Origin: Aigarchaeota archaeon
Lineage (GTDB): Archaea > Thermoproteota > Nitrososphaeria_A > Caldarchaeales > Wolframiiraptoraceae
Assembly: GCA_025059205.1 (NCBI GenBank)
Contig: JANXDS010000001.1
Span: 76,014-140,013, forward strand
Direction of reading: 5' to 3'
Length of the DNA stretch: 64,000 nt
Below are positions 60,835-64,000 of this stretch, piece by piece (positions within the stretch are counted from its first letter, which is position 1; each line of letters begins with the position of its first letter). The notes under the pieces are model-generated. The model ran no database searches. It had not been told where the DNA came from and worked only from the letters and a program-made list of their open reading frames with translations. Both the position numbers and the translations under genes were made by a program.

Positions 60835-61257
60835 ATGCAAACCAGCAAGAACCGTAGAGTTCAAGAGTTTAGACCCTTGACGATAGTGCTTCTGACAGCA
60901 CTTATGATAGTGGTTATTGTACTTGCTCTCAGAATGCATAAAGGGTTTGTGGGAATAATATTAGCATCTATCACGGCGTTTATCTTATTTTACTGGGTAA
61001 AAGAAATTCATAAAATGCTCAAGAAATCAGGGTTGAAAGATTTCATGTACGAGGTCCTAGACGAAGGAAATTACGTAAGCATAATTGCACAGGTTCCAGG
61101 TTCTGAAGATGACGTAAAAGTGTTGACTTTGGGCAAGCGCGTAATTATAAAAGGTGGCGGTGGTTTTAGAAAGACTCTAGTTTTGCCTCATAAAGTGGAG
61201 CTGATACATAAATCATATAAAAATGGAGTTTTAACAATAAGAATGCAAAAATTATAG
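60835..61257 (+). CDS. membrane-anchored Hsp20/alpha-crystallin-like protein
   Basis: Two N-terminal TM helices, IAQVPG and SYKNGVLTI. Confidence 0.7.
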   Translation: MQTSKNRRVQEFRPLTIVLLTALMIVVIVLALRMHKGFVGIILASITAFILFYWVKEIHKMLKKSGLKDFMYEVLDEGNYVSIIAQVPGSEDDVKVLTLGKRVIIKGGGGFRKTLVLPHKVELIHKSYKNGVLTIRMQKL

Positions 61258-61274
61258 ATCTTTAAAACGTTTTA

Positions 61275-62900
61275 CTAACTTTCGCTCTTCTTCTCTTCTT
61301 CACTCTTCTTCTCGGTGAACTTCTTCCTTGAAGCGGCGACGACGTCATCAATACGTAATATCATGGCAGCTGCTTCCAAAGATGACTTTAGTGCGTTCTC
61401 TTTGACCCTTAGTGGTTCTAGGACACCTAGCTTTAACATGTCGTCAACCTTACCAGCGAATAGGTTAATTCCATAGTTCTTACCGTTGTTCTCATGGGCA
61501 TGTCTTAAAGATGCCATTATCTCGACAGGCTCGAGACCCGCGTTCTCTGCGAGCGTCCTCGGTATGACTTCTACAGCATCGGCAAAGGCAAGGAATGCCA
61601 GCTGCTCTTTACCGGTCAGCTTGCCCATCTCTTTTCGTATAGCCTTGGCTATCTCTATTTCCGCAGCACCACCGCCCGGTACTATCTTATTGTTCTCTAC
61701 AAGGTTGATGACGTTCATGATGGCATCGTTTAGAGCCCTCTCAGCCTCATCCATTTGTCTCTCCAGACCAGCACGAATCACTATAGAAACCGCACCAGGA
61801 TTCTCGCATCTTTCAACAAATACTAGCCTGTCCTCGCCTATCTTCCTCTCCTCTACAAGTCCAGCCCTTCCTAAGTCTTTCTCGGTAAGGCTTTCGATAT
61901 TTGTGACGATCCTTCCTCCCGTAGCTTTCGCCAACTTTTCCATGTCAGACCTTTTAACGCGTCTTACGGCTAGTATGCCGGCTTTTGCTAAGAAGAACTG
62001 AGCAGCGTCATCTATGCCTTTCTGGCATACTACGACGTTCGCACCAACAGAAACTATCTTGTCAACCATCTCTTTGAGTATGTTAGTCTCTTCGTCTAAG
62101 AATGCCTTTATCTTGGACGGATCTCTAATCCTGATTTCGGCGCTGAACTCCGTCTTCTCTATCTCCAGCGGTGTATCAAGCAGCGCTATCTTAGCATTCT
62201 CGACCCTCTTCGGCATCGCAGGGTGAACAACCTCTTTATCTATTACGATGCCTCTCACGAGCTCAGACTCCATAAGACTCTTGCCGACTTTCTTTACGAT
62301 CTGTATATCGTCCTTGTCAGCTACTAGCTTGCCATCTCTCTCTTTTACGACCGAGAGAACGGACTCTATCGCCAGGTCAGCTATATGGTCTAGCGCGTAC
62401 CCTAACGATTTGCTGCTAAGTGCGGTCTTTACGACGTTCTTGATCGTGTTCTTGTCTTTTAGATCTACGGTCAATGTTATTTCTTGAAGAGCCTTGTAAG
62501 CAACGTCCACGGCTTTCCTGTAGCCGCTGATTATAGTACTTGGATGGATTTTCTGCTCCATGAGCTCCTCAGCCTTCTTCAGAAGCTCACCAGCCAAGAT
62601 AACCGCAGTAGTCGTACCGTCACCAACCGTTTCATCTTGCGCCTTTGCAACCTCCACTATCATTTTAGCGGCAGGGTGCTCGACGTCTATCTTCTTAAGG
62701 ATAGTTGCGCCATCATTCGTGACAACTACGTCGCCTAAGCTGTCCACCAACATCTTATCCATTCCTTTTGGTCCGAGCGTGCTCTTGACCATTTCCGCGA
62801 TTATCTTGGCTGCCAATATGTTATTGTGCTGGGCTGGTCTACCCCTTGTCCTTTGAGTCCCTTCCTTTAATATTAAGATAGGTTGTCTTGTCATAGACAT
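61275..62900 (-). CDS. thermosome (group II chaperonin) subunit
   Basis: [35 protein letters not shown]. Confidence 0.97.
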   Translation of the reverse strand: MSMTRQPILILKEGTQRTRGRPAQHNNILAAKIIAEMVKSTLGPKGMDKMLVDSLGDVVVTNDGATILKKIDVEHPAAKMIVEVAKAQDETVGDGTTTAVILAGELLKKAEELMEQKIHPSTIISGYRKAVDVAYKALQEITLTVDLKDKNTIKNVVKTALSSKSLGYALDHIADLAIESVLSVVKERDGKLVADKDDIQIVKKVGKSLMESELVRGIVIDKEVVHPAMPKRVENAKIALLDTPLEIEKTEFSAEIRIRDPSKIKAFLDEETNILKEMVDKIVSVGANVVVCQKGIDDAAQFFLAKAGILAVRRVKRSDMEKLAKATGGRIVTNIESLTEKDLGRAGLVEERKIGEDRLVFVERCENPGAVSIVIRAGLERQMDEAERALNDAIMNVINLVENNKIVPGGGAAEIEIAKAIRKEMGKLTGKEQLAFLAFADAVEVIPRTLAENAGLEPVEIMASLRHAHENNGKNYGINLFAGKVDDMLKLGVLEPLRVKENALKSSLEAAAMILRIDDVVAASRKKFTEKKSEEEKKSES

Positions 62901-63054
62901 GTAAGATCACCTCTCAACAGTTTCCGAGGAATTTACCGGAGTAAGCAAAATATTAAGGTTTAGTCGCGATTGCGGCATATTCGGGCGATTCCACGTTTTT
63001 AACTTTTTAATGACGAAATGCTTAATTTATGGATGCCTATAAGACTATTCTGCC

Positions 63055-63132
63055 GCTCCGGTAGTATAGTCCGGTTAAGTATACGGGCCTCTCGAGCCCG
63101 GGACCCGGGTTCAAATCCCGGCCGGAGCACCA
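63055..63132 (+). tRNA. tRNA-Glu (CTC), CCA encoded
   Basis: GCTCCGG/CCGGAGC acceptor stem, CGGGC-CT-CTC-GA-GCCCG arm, TTCAAAT loop, ACCA end. Confidence 0.96.
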
Positions 63133-63139
63133 GTACTTC

Positions 63140-63522
63140 ATTCCGCTCGTCGCAAGTTTCAAGCCCATACTGGAATGGCTACAGAAACATCCAAGAAAAG
63201 GCGACGTCAACGCCCCATTATGGGCATCTATTTCAAACAACTCGAAGAATGGTAGGGTAAGTTACTATTACCTGGGAAGAGCATTAAAAAACTGGCGGAA
63301 AAGGCTGGCGTTGAAAAGGATGTTTGGCCATACATTTTCCGCCACACAACACTTACAAAACTTGCTAAGGTGCTTACGGAGTCGAGACTTGAACACTTCG
63401 CCGGTTGAGTTCAGGGATCCTGCATGGCAAGGCGGTATGTTCATTTTTCGACGAGAGAGATTGAGGACGCAATGCTGGAGCTGCATGGAATAAAAAGAAG
63501 GACGAAGCAGAAGGTATATTAA
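63140..63522 (+). pseudogene. tyrosine recombinase/integrase C-terminal fragment
   Basis: IPLVAS..LEWLQKHP..NAPLW, frameshift near 63275, VWPYIFRH, FAG*VQGS.M.RRYVH with TGA at 63406 in place of Trp. Confidence 0.82.
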
Positions 63523-63631
63523 AAGCTTCTGGTGCAATATACTTGCTAGAACTTTATGTTATGTGTTATAAACCAAAAGTAAAATTATTCAGGGTTAAAA
63601 ATTATTCGAAATGGGCCGGAAGTTTTGTCAA

Positions 63632-64000
63632 ATGAAAGGAAAAACATTAATTCTAATTCCTTGTTGTGGTTCAAAAAATCCTGGAGGATTTACGATATAT
63701 AATGGAAAACGTTGCATTGCTAACTATTTGAGCGTGAATGTAGGGAAAAGGTTGATGGAGTTAAGGAGGCATGTCGCTATCGCTTTTGGAGAAAGATTAG
63801 GGCCTGATGTAGGAGTTGAAGTATTGGGGACTCAGATAAGTTACATGAAAGCCTATGAGAGATATTGTGGGAACCTCTACAGTAAAATATCGAAAAGCTC
63901 ATGGGAAAAGCTTAACGACTCTCAAAATTTAAGTTTAGTTATTGTTTCCGCATTTTATGGAATACTTAGACATGACGAGCTTATTAGAAACTATAATAGA
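63632..64000 (+). CDS. YaaA/DUF6884-like protein (runs off the window; alternative in-frame ATG at 63611)
   Basis: LILIPCCGSK, AYERY.G.LY, IVSAFYG....E.I..YN; AT-rich. Confidence 0.65.
   Translation, partial: MKGKTLILIPCCGSKNPGGFTIYNGKRCIANYLSVNVGKRLMELRRHVAIAFGERLGPDVGVEVLGTQISYMKAYERYCGNLYSKISKSSWEKLNDSQNLSLVIVSAFYGILRHDELIRNYNR

Noticed and set aside
63406-63408. Selenocysteine or recoded TGA in the integrase
   Set aside because: The position corresponds to a Trp (TGG to TGA), and the gene is also truncated and frameshifted; MvhA, MvhD and HdrA here use Cys.
63018-63537. Short ORFs overlapping tRNA-Glu and the integrase relic
   Set aside because: They are explained by the tRNA and by alternative frames of the pseudogene.

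Overview
Archaeal chromosomal window, probably a thermophilic Thermoproteota of the Nitrososphaeria/Caldarchaeales-like group. The lineage is inferred from TBP, the exosome-proteasome superoperon, the thermosome, tetraether synthase and an intron-containing tRNA. In order: bacterial-type lipA-lpdA-lipB, tbp, branched-chain amino acid genes, an ECF module, the exosome/proteasome superoperon, and a compact 4.1-kb HK97-type head module next to a two-intron tRNA-Gln. That module has capsid, cement, portal and maturation protease genes plus two small regulators, but no terminase, tail, integrase or att repeat. Next come a DNA methyltransferase with an unknown partner, an ABC transporter, nadC and tes. 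A ~22-kb locus then interleaves hypA-F, mvhDGA and hdrABC with a LipS1/LipS2-type lipoylation pathway and two H-protein (GcvH/LbpA-like) paralogs, one lacking the lipoyl lysine. The window ends at tRNA-Glu, a decayed integrase and an AT-rich island edge. The two best candidates for an undescribed system are the stand-alone capsid module and the lipoate-linked Mvh-Hdr locus. All calls come from motif recognition by eye; no searches were run.
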